32,000 bases of DNA from Phycisphaera mikurensis NBRC 102666 (GTDB lineage: Bacteria > Planctomycetota > Phycisphaerae > Phycisphaerales > Phycisphaeraceae): contig NC_017080.1 of the NCBI RefSeq assembly GCF_000284115.1, positions 1,530,001 to 1,562,000 on the forward strand, written 5' to 3'. Below are positions 1-8,454 of the stretch, piece after piece. Within the stretch, counting starts at the first letter, position 1. Every line of letters begins with the position of its first letter. A program made the translations under genes and the position numbers. The notes beneath the pieces were generated by a model. That model was not told the origin of the DNA and did no database searches. It worked only from the letters and a program-made list of their open reading frames with translations.

Positions 1-739
1 CCTCTACCGCGAGGGCGCCCTGCCCCGCGCCGCGGCCACCCGCGACCACACGCACCTGGTCGAGGGCTACCAGAAGGGCGAGATCGCGCTGATCCAAACC
101 GGCAGCAACATGCTCGGCCGCATCCGCGACGCCGCGCCCGACGTGTACGGCGAAACCGTCGTGAAGCCCGGCGTCACCGGCCGCCTGCAGCGCTCGCACA
201 TCGCCGCCATGGTGGTCGGCGTGAGCGGCAGAAGCGAACACCCCGAGGAGGCGGCCGCGCTCGCCGCCTTCCTCACGAGCCCCGCCAGCCAGACCGGCCT
301 CTCCAAGCAAAGCGGCGTGCTGCCCTCGACGCCCGCCAGCCTCGACGACCCGTACTTCGCCTTCCCGGAGGGCGCGTCCGATGATCCGGAGGCCCGGCTC
401 ACGGAGGCCCGCGCCACCAGCGCCGCCTCGCTGCGCACCGCCGTGGCGTTCACCCCCGCGATGGAGACCTGGCCCGAGCTGCGCCGCGCCTTCAACGAGG
501 GCATCAAGCGCGCCCTGCTCGGCGGCGAGCCGACCGCCGGCGTCCTCGCCTCCATCGAGGCCGAGTGGAACCGCATCCTCGCCGCCGCCCGCCCCGTCGG
601 CCCCGACGCCCTCCCGCCGGCGTCCCGGGTGCCACGCCCCTTGGGGGGTGGCGTTGGAAGTTCGGTGAGCGTCCCCACCCCCCAAGGGGCGTGGCACCCG
701 GTTCCGGCCGCGGGCCTCGTCCTGCCGGAGGCCGCGTGA
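1..739 (+). CDS. ABC transporter extracellular (sugar-type) solute-binding protein, C-terminal part, truncated by window start
   Basis: Open frame from the window edge to TGA 737-739; GSNMLGRIRDAAPDVYGETVVKPG...EHPEEAAALAAFLTSPASQ...WNRILAAA resembles family-1 SBPs; followed directly by two permeases. Confidence 0.85.
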   Translation, partial: LYREGALPRAAATRDHTHLVEGYQKGEIALIQTGSNMLGRIRDAAPDVYGETVVKPGVTGRLQRSHIAAMVVGVSGRSEHPEEAAALAAFLTSPASQTGLSKQSGVLPSTPASLDDPYFAFPEGASDDPEARLTEARATSAASLRTAVAFTPAMETWPELRRAFNEGIKRALLGGEPTAGVLASIEAEWNRILAAARPVGPDALPPASRVPRPLGGGVGSSVSVPTPQGAWHPVPAAGLVLPEAA

Positions 740-1581
740 AGCGAATCACCCCGTGGCTGTTCCTGTTCCCGGCGCTCCTGGTCCTGGGCGTGTTCGTCGT
801 CGCGACCTTCGTGCAGGTCCTCTGGTACTCCTTCACCGACTTCAACGCCTTCAACGACGGCCGCTTCGTGGGCCTCGCCAACTACCGCCGCCTGCTCGCC
901 GACGAGAAGTTCTGGTTCTGCCTCGGCAACAGCTTCCTCTACCTGCTCGTGACGCCGGTGCTGATGGCGCTCGCCCTCGCCGCCGCGCTGCTCGTCCACG
1001 CCGGGCTCCGCGGCCTCTGGGGCCTGCGGGCGTGGCTCTTCCTCCCGGTCGTCACGCCGACGATCGTCGCGGCGATCGCCTGGCGGCTGCTGCTCGACGA
1101 GGACGGCGGGCTCTTCAACCAGGTGCTGGCGTGGCTGGGCTCGGGCCCGGTCTACTGGCTCAGCGAGCGGCCCTGGAGCCTGATGTCGGCGATGATGGTG
1201 ACGGTGTGGAAGGGCTTCGGCTACTTCATGATGGTCTTCCTCGCCGGCCTGGTCGGCATCCCGCGCGAGCTGCACGAGGCCGCCGAGATCGACGGCGCCG
1301 GCCGCTGGTCGTCCTTCCTGCACGTCACGCTCCCGGGCTTGCGTCCGGTGCTGGTGCTGGTCGCGCTGATCTCCTCGATCTCGGCGCTCAAGGTCTTCGA
1401 AGAGCTCTACGTCACCATCAAGGGCGCCCCCGTCAGCCAGCAGACCGCCGTGCCGCTGATCTTCGACACCGCCTTCGAGCAAGGCGACTTCGGCCGGGCC
1501 TGCGCCATCGGCGTCGTGCTCTTCGCGGTCGTTCTCGTGTTCTCGCTGGTGCAGCTGCGGGTGGTCCGGGACCAGGCATGA
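736..1581 (+). CDS. Sugar ABC transporter permease (MalF-like)
   Basis: GTG start overlapping upstream TGA (GTGA); WLFLFPALLVLGVFVVATF...WYSFTDFNAF; IPRELHEAAEIDGAGRWSSFLHVTLPGLRPV is the EAA-loop signature. Confidence 0.92.
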   Translation: MKRITPWLFLFPALLVLGVFVVATFVQVLWYSFTDFNAFNDGRFVGLANYRRLLADEKFWFCLGNSFLYLLVTPVLMALALAAALLVHAGLRGLWGLRAWLFLPVVTPTIVAAIAWRLLLDEDGGLFNQVLAWLGSGPVYWLSERPWSLMSAMMVTVWKGFGYFMMVFLAGLVGIPRELHEAAEIDGAGRWSSFLHVTLPGLRPVLVLVALISSISALKVFEELYVTIKGAPVSQQTAVPLIFDTAFEQGDFGRACAIGVVLFAVVLVFSLVQLRVVRDQA

Positions 1582-2414
1582 GCGGACTCTCCCCCACCGC
1601 CCGCCCGCTGCCGCTGCTGGTCGCCATGTACCTGGGAGCGCTCGCGCTCATGCTGCTGGCGGTGGGGCCGGCGATCTGGCTGGTGGGGGTGGCGCTCTCG
1701 CCGCCGAGCGTGCCGCTGTCGCGGCTGCCCGGGCCGAGCGAGATGACGCTGGGCAACTTCGAGGGCGCTTGGAACGAGGCGCAGCTGGGGCGGGCGCTCG
1801 CCAACTCGGTGATCGTCACCGCCGCGCAGACGCTGCTCAACGTGCTGCTTGCCGCGATGGCCGCCTACCCGCTGGCCCGCATGCGCTTCCGCGGCCGCGG
1901 GCTGGTCTTCGTGCTCGTGCTCGCGACGATCATGGTGCCCGAGCAGGTGATCCTCGTGCCGCTGTTCCGCACCGTCGTCGGCCTGGGCCTCTACGATACG
2001 CTCGCCGCGGTGGTCCTGCCCTTCAGCGTCACCGCCTTCGGCATCTACCTCTGCCGGCAGGCCTTCCTCGCCCTGCCGATGGAGCTCGAGGAAGCCGCCA
2101 CGCTCGACGGCGCCGGCCCGTGGCGCACCTGGTGGAGCGTGATGCTCCCGCTGACCGCTCCCACGCTGGCGACGCTCGCCGTCTTCAGCGTCATCGGCGC
2201 CTGGAGCAACCTGCTCTGGCCGCTGGTCGTGCTGCAGAGCCGCGACACCTTCACCCTGCCGGTCGCGCTCAACCAGCTGCTGGGCGTCTTCGCCACCAAC
2301 CAGCGGTTTGCCTACGCGGGGGCCGTGCTCGCCGTCCTGCCGGTCGTCGCGTTCTACGCCCTCGCCAGCCGCTGGCTGAAGGGCGGGATGCTCGGCGGGG
2401 CAGTGAAGGGCTGA
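1578..2414 (+). CDS. Carbohydrate ABC transporter permease (MalG-like)
   Basis: ATG at 1578 overlaps upstream stop (ATGA); LPMELEEAATLDGAGPWRTWWSVMLPLTAPTLATLAVF signature; multiple TM segments. Confidence 0.92.
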   Translation: MSGLSPTARPLPLLVAMYLGALALMLLAVGPAIWLVGVALSPPSVPLSRLPGPSEMTLGNFEGAWNEAQLGRALANSVIVTAAQTLLNVLLAAMAAYPLARMRFRGRGLVFVLVLATIMVPEQVILVPLFRTVVGLGLYDTLAAVVLPFSVTAFGIYLCRQAFLALPMELEEAATLDGAGPWRTWWSVMLPLTAPTLATLAVFSVIGAWSNLLWPLVVLQSRDTFTLPVALNQLLGVFATNQRFAYAGAVLAVLPVVAFYALASRWLKGGMLGGAVKG

Positions 2415-2709
2415 AGCGCGTTCCGGAGAACCCTGAGGCGTTTCCGCACGCTCGCCAGGTTTGGAACGCGCAGGACGCGGAGCCGGGATCCGCCGCAGCC
2501 GCGACGCCGCGCGGTGGAGCGTTACCGCACGGCGGCCGGGTTGGTGCCGGTGGCTGCAAGCTCCGCGTGCTCTGCGGCCTCCGCGGTCCTGCCCGGGTGG
2601 ACCCACCAAGAGCCTCCGGCGCCCACGCATGAGGTTCGTCCGGGACGCGTACGGGCCGCCGCGGACCGCCGGCGTTCCGGGCCGTTCCGAGCGACGGTCC
2701 GCGGGGGGC

Positions 2710-3489
2710 TCAGCCGACGCGGCGGCGTCGCCCGCCGAGCAGCGTGAGACCCGCGGCGGCGAGCAGGGCGGTGGCCGGTTCGGGGACCGGCGCCGAGAAG
2801 CGCAGGGCGTCGAGGTCCGCGAGGGTGCCGTCGAAGACGTTGCTGTCGACGCCGCCGGTGTTGATGCCGGGGAGGTCGCGGCGGTCGGTGTACTGGTGGA
2901 AGAGCCAGCCCTGCGGCCAGCCGCGGATGTCGGTGGGGTTCAGATTCGGGTTGCGGGTGTAGTTGGCGACCCAGAGCTCGGTCTGCAGCACCGACGCGTC
3001 GAGGAAGTCCTCGGCGTAGAACTCGCTCGCGTACACGATCGGCCGCACGCCGGTGCGGCTCTCGACGCGGTCGAGGAAGCGGTCGCTCCACGAGGTCAGG
3101 AACGACCGCCCGGCGCTCTGGAACACCTCCATGTCGAGGACCGGCGGGAGGTAGCCCTCGCCCATCGCGAAACCGGCCGTGTCCACGAAGTAGTCGGCCT
3201 CGTTGAGCGGATCGTTGGATCCGCCGGTGTCGGGGCGGGCGAAGTGGTACACGCCGATGGGCAGGTCGACGCGGTTCGCCTCCGACACGTTGCGGAAGAG
3301 CTTCGCGTCGCGGAACCCGACCCCCTCGGTCGCCTTGAGGAACGCGAAGTCGACGTTGGGCTGAGCCTGCACCGTGTCCCAGTCGACGTCGCCCTGGAAG
3401 TTGGAGACGTCGATGCCCAGGAGCCGCGCGGAGGCGCCCGGGGCCAGGAGCAGCGGGACGGCGAGGATCGGGAGGCGGCGTCGCGTCAT
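2710..3489 (-). CDS. Glycoside hydrolase family 25 lysozyme-like protein with signal peptide and C-terminal PEP-CTERM sorting signal
   Basis: LLGIDVSNFQGDVDWDTVQ...FAFLKATEG...GVYHFARP...LPPVLDMEV...WVANYT...WLFHQYT typical of GH25; C-terminus VPEPATALLAAAGLTLLGGRRRRVG. Confidence 0.88.
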   Translation of the reverse strand: MTRRRLPILAVPLLLAPGASARLLGIDVSNFQGDVDWDTVQAQPNVDFAFLKATEGVGFRDAKLFRNVSEANRVDLPIGVYHFARPDTGGSNDPLNEADYFVDTAGFAMGEGYLPPVLDMEVFQSAGRSFLTSWSDRFLDRVESRTGVRPIVYASEFYAEDFLDASVLQTELWVANYTRNPNLNPTDIRGWPQGWLFHQYTDRRDLPGINTGGVDSNVFDGTLADLDALRFSAPVPEPATALLAAAGLTLLGGRRRRVG

Positions 3490-3595
3490 GGGCGGGATGT
3501 CATCGGGAGGAACGGCATCGCGTTTGCGAGGGAGGTGTCAACCCCCGGCTGGCCTGGTCGGCGCAGGCGGGGGTCGCTCCCAGAGCCTGCCGCGG

Positions 3596-4477
3596 TCAGT
3601 TGCGGTCCCAGTCGTTCAGGTCCCGCGAGCTCACCCAGTCGGTGAGCTCGTCCGGGCCCCAGACGAAATCGGGATCCTGCACGCGGACCGCGCTGCCGTG
3701 GCCGTCGGCGTAGCTCACGTTGATGGAGTTGCCGTGGCGTGCGTCCGCGTGCCCGTACGCCGCGGTCGGAGCGGCGGGACCCGGGAACAGGTAGGCGACG
3801 CCGGCCGTTTCGCCCGGCGTGTAACCCAGCGTCGAGCCGAGGTCCGGCGCACCGGTTTCCATCGCGAGGTTCTTCGAGTCCGCGAAGTGGATGGTCTCGG
3901 TCGGGTTCCGGATCATCCCGGCCTCGGGGCTCTTGTTCGCGAGCGAGGGGTCCGAGCCGGCCACCGGCTGCTCCAGCATGGACCCGACGCCCATGAAGTT
4001 CATCCCGTAGTGGCTGCGGAACCAGTCGGGGTGCCCCTTCCAGTTCGCGCTGGGGCCGCCCTTGGTGGGCACGTTGAGGAACTTCGCGTCGGTCGTCTCG
4101 AGTTCCGGGCAGATGAACACCGCCGAACCCGGCATATAATCGTCCGAGACGAGCTTGCTCACCCAGATCCACCGCTCCGAGTTCGGCGTGGGGTTGCCGG
4201 AGTTGGCGCCCGAAAACAGATTCGCGCCCTGGTAGGGCTCGAAGTTGAAGACGTTGCTGAAGGGCAGGTGTCGCTGCTTGTTGTCCGCGAGGAAGGTCTG
4301 CGACGCGATCTCCACCTGCCGGACGTTGCTCAGGCTGGCCAGGCCCCGCGCGGCACCGCGGGCGGCACCCAGCGCCGGCAGGAGGATGCCGATCAGGAGC
4401 GCGATGATGGAGATCACCACGAGCAGCTCGATCAGCGTGAAACCGTGGGCGGGATGGGTGTGCGGGCGGGGGTTCAT
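3596..4477 (-). CDS. DUF1559/type II secretion pseudopilin-like protein with N-terminal methylation motif
   Basis: [30 protein letters not shown] prepilin motif; C-terminal [19 protein letters not shown] (H-x9-DG type). Confidence 0.88.
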   Translation of the reverse strand: MNPRPHTHPAHGFTLIELLVVISIIALLIGILLPALGAARGAARGLASLSNVRQVEIASQTFLADNKQRHLPFSNVFNFEPYQGANLFSGANSGNPTPNSERWIWVSKLVSDDYMPGSAVFICPELETTDAKFLNVPTKGGPSANWKGHPDWFRSHYGMNFMGVGSMLEQPVAGSDPSLANKSPEAGMIRNPTETIHFADSKNLAMETGAPDLGSTLGYTPGETAGVAYLFPGPAAPTAAYGHADARHGNSINVSYADGHGSAVRVQDPDFVWGPDELTDWVSSRDLNDWDRN

Positions 4478-4636
4478 CTGAGCGTGATCGGGCGGCGGTG
4501 GCGGAGGCGGGCTGGAGGCGGGCCCGGGGGCTCCGCCGACGTCTTATTCTAGAAGGCGATCCGACGCACGCAAGGGTCTGCGGCGATGTCGATCGGATTT
4601 GCACTCAAGGTAGGCAGTTTTTGAGAGCGGCCCGTT

Positions 4637-4665
4637 GCACTTCGGCGACAGACTGCTAGCATTCA
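4637..4665 (+). promoter_or_regulatory. Possible sigma70-like promoter for the PEP-CTERM gene (approximate coordinates)
   Basis: TTGCAC followed after about 16 nt by TAGCAT, upstream of ATG 4720. Weak -10 match. Confidence 0.25.
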
Positions 4666-4719
4666 GGAAGCTTCAGTCGCTGCGACCGTTGCACACGCGC
4701 CACCCCCGAGGACTCGGAC

Positions 4720-5634
4720 ATGAGAAAGATCACCACCCCCGCCGCCGCTCTGCTGCTCGCCGCCGCCCCGGCCGCTCTCGCCGCCCCCGGCGACATCCTG
4801 TTCCAGGACGACTTCGAAAGCGGTTCCATCGCGAGCTACACGGTGGAGGCGCTGAGCACCTTCGACACCGGCGACGCCGCCACGTACGGCTTCGACTACG
4901 GCAGCTTCGGCGTCCCCGGCGTCTCCGGCAACGGGCTGCTGCTGGAGACCGACGACGCGCTGACCGTGTTCGTCAACGGCCTGAGCGTCTCGACGCCGAT
5001 CTCCATCAAGTTCGACGCCATCGCCTCGGCGGTGAGCGGCGGCTCGACGGAGGCCCTGACGGCCGGCGTCGCCAACGCGCTCCTCCCCTTCGACATCGAC
5101 CTCAGCCCGAGCGACCTCAGCGAGTCGGCGGCCTCCAACGGGCTCTTCGTGGGCGCGCTGACCGACTCCGACACGGCGGGCAGCGGCGACTACGGCGTGT
5201 ACGACAGCCTCGGCGGCGCGGTGCCGACGGCCCTGTCCTTCATGGACGCGGCGGGCCTCACGGACACGGGCATCGGCTTCGGCAACGCCGCGGTCCTTCC
5301 CGAGATCCCCGGCCAGTCGTCGGCCGGCGTGCTCGACGGCCGCTCGGCGGAGTTCGAGATCCTGGTCGACGGGGCCCGTCTGCAGTGGTTCATCAACGGC
5401 ACGCTGATCACCGACGTGACCGCCAGCGCCGCGCCCACGGGCACCGTGGGCATCGGCATCTCGGATCCGTTCCCCGGCTTCAACAACGGCACCGTCGGCC
5501 AGGGCACCGGCACCGCCTTCGCGATCGACAACCTGCTGATCACCGAAACCGCCGCCATCCCCGAGCCCACGACGCTGGGTGTCGCCGCCGCGGGCCTCGC
5601 CCTGCTGGCCGGCCGCCGCCGCCGCGTCGCCTGA
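4720..5634 (+). CDS. PEP-CTERM sorting-domain protein, secreted
   Basis: Signal peptide MRKITTPAAALLLAAAPAALAAPGD; C-terminal IPEPTTLGVAAAGLALLAGRRRRVA; central region looks like a jelly-roll/LamG-type domain (WFINGTLI). Confidence 0.85.
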   Translation: MRKITTPAAALLLAAAPAALAAPGDILFQDDFESGSIASYTVEALSTFDTGDAATYGFDYGSFGVPGVSGNGLLLETDDALTVFVNGLSVSTPISIKFDAIASAVSGGSTEALTAGVANALLPFDIDLSPSDLSESAASNGLFVGALTDSDTAGSGDYGVYDSLGGAVPTALSFMDAAGLTDTGIGFGNAAVLPEIPGQSSAGVLDGRSAEFEILVDGARLQWFINGTLITDVTASAAPTGTVGIGISDPFPGFNNGTVGQGTGTAFAIDNLLITETAAIPEPTTLGVAAAGLALLAGRRRRVA

Positions 5635-5661
5635 TCGGCCCGGCGGATTCTGACGGAGAAG

Positions 5662-5701
5662 AAAAAGAGGCCGCGGACTCATCAGGGTCGGCGGCCTTTT
5701 C
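5662..5701 (+). terminator. Rho-independent terminator downstream of the PEP-CTERM gene
   Basis: AGGCCGC(68-74)...GCGGCCT(91-97) stem followed by TTTT; 28 bp after the stop codon. Confidence 0.75.
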
Positions 5702-5716
5702 GCACGGACGTAGGGA

Positions 5717-5883
5717 TGACCCGCCGTGGCAGCCATGAAGGGCGAAGCCTGTGCGGGAGCGGGGCGTGGCCTTCGGCCACCAGGCTGCCACGGCGTGTCA
5801 GCCCTACGGGCGAGGCTCGTGCGCGTGGTGTGGCCTTCGGCCACCGGGCTGCTATGGCGTCTCCGCCCTGCGGGAGCGGGTCA
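5717..5883. repeat. Palindromic/tandem repeat element: 18-bp inverted repeat (one mismatch) plus two imperfect 64-bp-spaced direct units
   Basis: TGACCCGCCGTGGCAGCC (5717-5734) vs GGCTGCCACGGCGTGTCA (5783-5800); GTGGCCTTCGGCCACC at 5766 and again at 5830 with following sequence conserved. Confidence 0.8.
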
Positions 5884-6921
5884 CTCGCCGAGGAGCTTCT
5901 CAACCCCCAGCCGGACCCGCTCCCAGTCGAAGGCCGGGCCGGGGTCGACTTTGTCGGGATCGAGGTGCCAGTGGGCGACCAGGCCGGAGAAGTCTTTCCA
6001 GTCCTGCTCGCTGAGCTCCTGCCGATCGGCTTTGCCGTCCGCGCCGCGGGGGTAGTCGTTGGGGAGCTTGGGGAAGAGCTCGGTGAGGGTCGCGGTGAGG
6101 TGGATCAGCGCCGTGTATTGGTCGTCGGTGAGGTCGAACTGGACGAGGTCGCGGTCGTGGATGATCCCGGTGACGGGGCCGTCGCCGGAGGGGCGGTAGA
6201 CGCCCTCGGGGTCGAGGTGGCCCAGCGGGCGGTCGTCGGGGAGGACGATCCGCCAGCCGCGGCCGTCGCGGGCGTACCACTTCTCGAGCACCGAGGTGTC
6301 GTCGGGCGGGTAGGCGCCGATGTTGGCGATCTCGATGCCGATCGAGCGGCTGTTGGCCTGTGCGGCGTGCCAGGCGCGCTCGGCGACGTCGAGGGTCTGG
6401 TAGATCATCCCGTCGGCGTCGAGCATGAACTGCACGGAGAGGCCGCGGTGGTCGTGCAGCACCTCGAAGCAGTACGCGCTGGTGCCGCACACGTCGTAGT
6501 GCATGACGAACTGGTCGACGACGGTGCCCAGCTGCTCCAGCGTCCAGCCGTCGCGGATCGCTTCGCGCTCCTCCTCGGAGAGGTCGTCCCGGAAGCCGAA
6601 GCGGTCGACCCGCTGGTTGTACCGGGCGGCGGGCACGCCCGACTCGGGCGTCCAGCGGGCGTTCTCCGGGCCCTGGAAGCGGAGGTTCACGTCGTAGCCG
6701 TTGTAGCCGCCGTCGTCGAACCAGAGCTTGACGGGCGTGCCGGTGTGGAAGAGGCGGCCCGCGACGACGATCTCGTCGCCGGTGCGGCTGAGCTCGGTGC
6801 CGGGCGCGGCCCGGCCGGGCTGGGCGTGGGCGTGGTCGCGGTGCGCCTCCCCCCCCGCGGCGGGCGCGGCGAGGCAGGCGGCGAGGAGCAGGGCGGCGGG
6901 CGCGTGGGGGGTGGGATGCAT
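5881..6921 (-). CDS. N-acetylmuramoyl-L-alanine amidase (Amidase_2 / AmpD-like), secreted
   Basis: VDQFVMHYDVCGTSAYCFEVLHDHRGLSVQFMLDADGMIYQTLDVAERAWHAAQANSRSIGIEIANIGAY...LSGLVAHWHLDPDKVDPGPAFDWERV pattern; signal-like N-terminus. Confidence 0.88.
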   Translation of the reverse strand: MHPTPHAPAALLLAACLAAPAAGGEAHRDHAHAQPGRAAPGTELSRTGDEIVVAGRLFHTGTPVKLWFDDGGYNGYDVNLRFQGPENARWTPESGVPAARYNQRVDRFGFRDDLSEEEREAIRDGWTLEQLGTVVDQFVMHYDVCGTSAYCFEVLHDHRGLSVQFMLDADGMIYQTLDVAERAWHAAQANSRSIGIEIANIGAYPPDDTSVLEKWYARDGRGWRIVLPDDRPLGHLDPEGVYRPSGDGPVTGIIHDRDLVQFDLTDDQYTALIHLTATLTELFPKLPNDYPRGADGKADRQELSEQDWKDFSGLVAHWHLDPDKVDPGPAFDWERVRLGVEKLLGE

Positions 6922-6975
6922 CGCGTTGGGGGGGTGGGGTGGGGAGCCGGCCCCAAAATTACATAATCTTCCCGG

Positions 6976-8454
6976 ATGATCCGCCTCGCCGCCGCTCTTG
7001 CCGCTCTGGTCGCCGGGAACGCGTCGGGCGAGCTGCAGCGGGAGGTCCGGGAGCTGATCGCGTCCGCCGCCCTCGGCGACGCGGTGGCGGGGGTGGTCGT
7101 CGCGGAGCTGACGCCCGGGGGATCCGAGGTGCGGGTCGACCTCAACGGCGACCTCGCCCTGGGCCCCGCGTCGAACATGAAGCTGGTGACCACGGCGGCG
7201 GCGCTGGACCTGCTCGGCGAGGGCTTCGCCTTCGAGACGACGCTCTCGCTGCTGCCGGCGGGAGACCGCGCACCCTCGCTGCTCGTGCGGGGCTCCGGTG
7301 ACCCGGGCTTCGGCGATCCGCCGCTGCTCGAGGCCGCCGGCGAGACGCCGGCGGGCGTGGTCGCCCGCTGGGTGGAGGCGGTGCGGGCGACGGGCCGGAC
7401 CCGCTTCGCGACGCTGCGCATGGACGACGCGATCTTCGACGCGCAGCGGGTGCACCCGGACTGGCCGGCGGACCAGCAGGCGTACTGGTACTGCGCGGAG
7501 GTGGCGGGGATCAACTTCAACGACAACTGCATCGACGTGCGGCGCGAGCCGGGGCCGGAGCCGGGGGCTCCGGCGGTGCTGCACTTCTTTCCTTCGTTCC
7601 CGGGCCTGGCGGCGCAGGCGACGAACGAGACGGTCACCGGCGAGTCCGACACGTTCGACTTCTCCCGCCCCGCCGATCGCAACGCGTTCAGCTTCACCGG
7701 CGTCGTGGACGGGCCCGGCCTCGACTACGCGGCCGTTCACGACCCCGCGCTGTTCTTCGGCCGGCACCTCGCCCACGAGCTGGCGGAGGCGGGCGTCGGG
7801 GTGGGCGAGGTGGTGCGGGGCGGCGCCCCCGCGGGTGTCGTGCCCGAGAGCCTCGGCGTGGTGAGGACGACGCTGGCCGGCGTGCTCGACCGGACCAACC
7901 GCAACTCGCAGAACCTCTTCGCCGAGGCGCTGCTCAAGCGGATGGGCCGCGAGGCGGCCGGGGAGCCGGGCTCCTTCGCCAACGGCTCGGCGGCGGTGCG
8001 GTCCTACCTCGCCCGGGTGCTCCCGGAGGCGGACCTCTCCGGGGTGGTGGTGGCCGACGGCTCGGGGCTGGCGCGGACGAACCGGCTGACCGCGCGGCTG
8101 CTGGTGGGGCTGCTCGACCGCGTCACGCGGCTGCCGCCGGCGGAGGCGCGGACCTACCGGGAGTCGCTCGCGGAGCTGGGCCGGAGCGGGACGCTGCGCC
8201 ACCGCGGCGAGGGTGTGCGGACGGCCCGGGTGTTCGCGAAGACGGGCACGATCTCGGGCGTCTCGGCGCTCTCGGGCTACCTGGTGACGCCGGCGACGGA
8301 AGAGGCGGCGGAGCGGGTCCACGCGTTCTCAATGCTGTTCAACGGATTCGCCCCGCCGGTGAGCACCCGGGACGTGCGGCGGGTGCAGGACGAGGTGCTG
8401 GCGCTGCTGGACCGCCGCCTGGCCCCGGCGGCGACGCCGGCGGAGTCGCCGTGA
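6976..8454 (+). CDS. dacB: D-alanyl-D-alanine carboxypeptidase/endopeptidase (S13, PBP4-type)
   Basis: PASNMKLVTTAAALDLLG (SxxK), NRNSQNLFAEALLKRMG (SxN), FAKTGTISGVSALSGYL (KTG); MFNGF C-terminal pattern. Confidence 0.92.
   Translation: MIRLAAALAALVAGNASGELQREVRELIASAALGDAVAGVVVAELTPGGSEVRVDLNGDLALGPASNMKLVTTAAALDLLGEGFAFETTLSLLPAGDRAPSLLVRGSGDPGFGDPPLLEAAGETPAGVVARWVEAVRATGRTRFATLRMDDAIFDAQRVHPDWPADQQAYWYCAEVAGINFNDNCIDVRREPGPEPGAPAVLHFFPSFPGLAAQATNETVTGESDTFDFSRPADRNAFSFTGVVDGPGLDYAAVHDPALFFGRHLAHELAEAGVGVGEVVRGGAPAGVVPESLGVVRTTLAGVLDRTNRNSQNLFAEALLKRMGREAAGEPGSFANGSAAVRSYLARVLPEADLSGVVVADGSGLARTNRLTARLLVGLLDRVTRLPPAEARTYRESLAELGRSGTLRHRGEGVRTARVFAKTGTISGVSALSGYLVTPATEEAAERVHAFSMLFNGFAPPVSTRDVRRVQDEVLALLDRRLAPAATPAESP

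Noticed and set aside
67-1482. 471-aa minus-strand ORF opposite the ABC transporter genes
   Set aside because: Shadow ORF: low-complexity, His/Arg/Glu-rich translation typical of antisense frames in GC-rich genes; the plus strand encodes clear SBP/permease proteins.
4135-4140. TATAAT motif
   Set aside because: Lies inside the pseudopilin-like coding sequence with no convincing -35 and no gene start nearby.
5726-6055. Small ORFs within the repeat element at 5717-5883
   Set aside because: Their peptides arise from the palindromic/tandem DNA and continue antisense into the amidase gene; no protein evidence.
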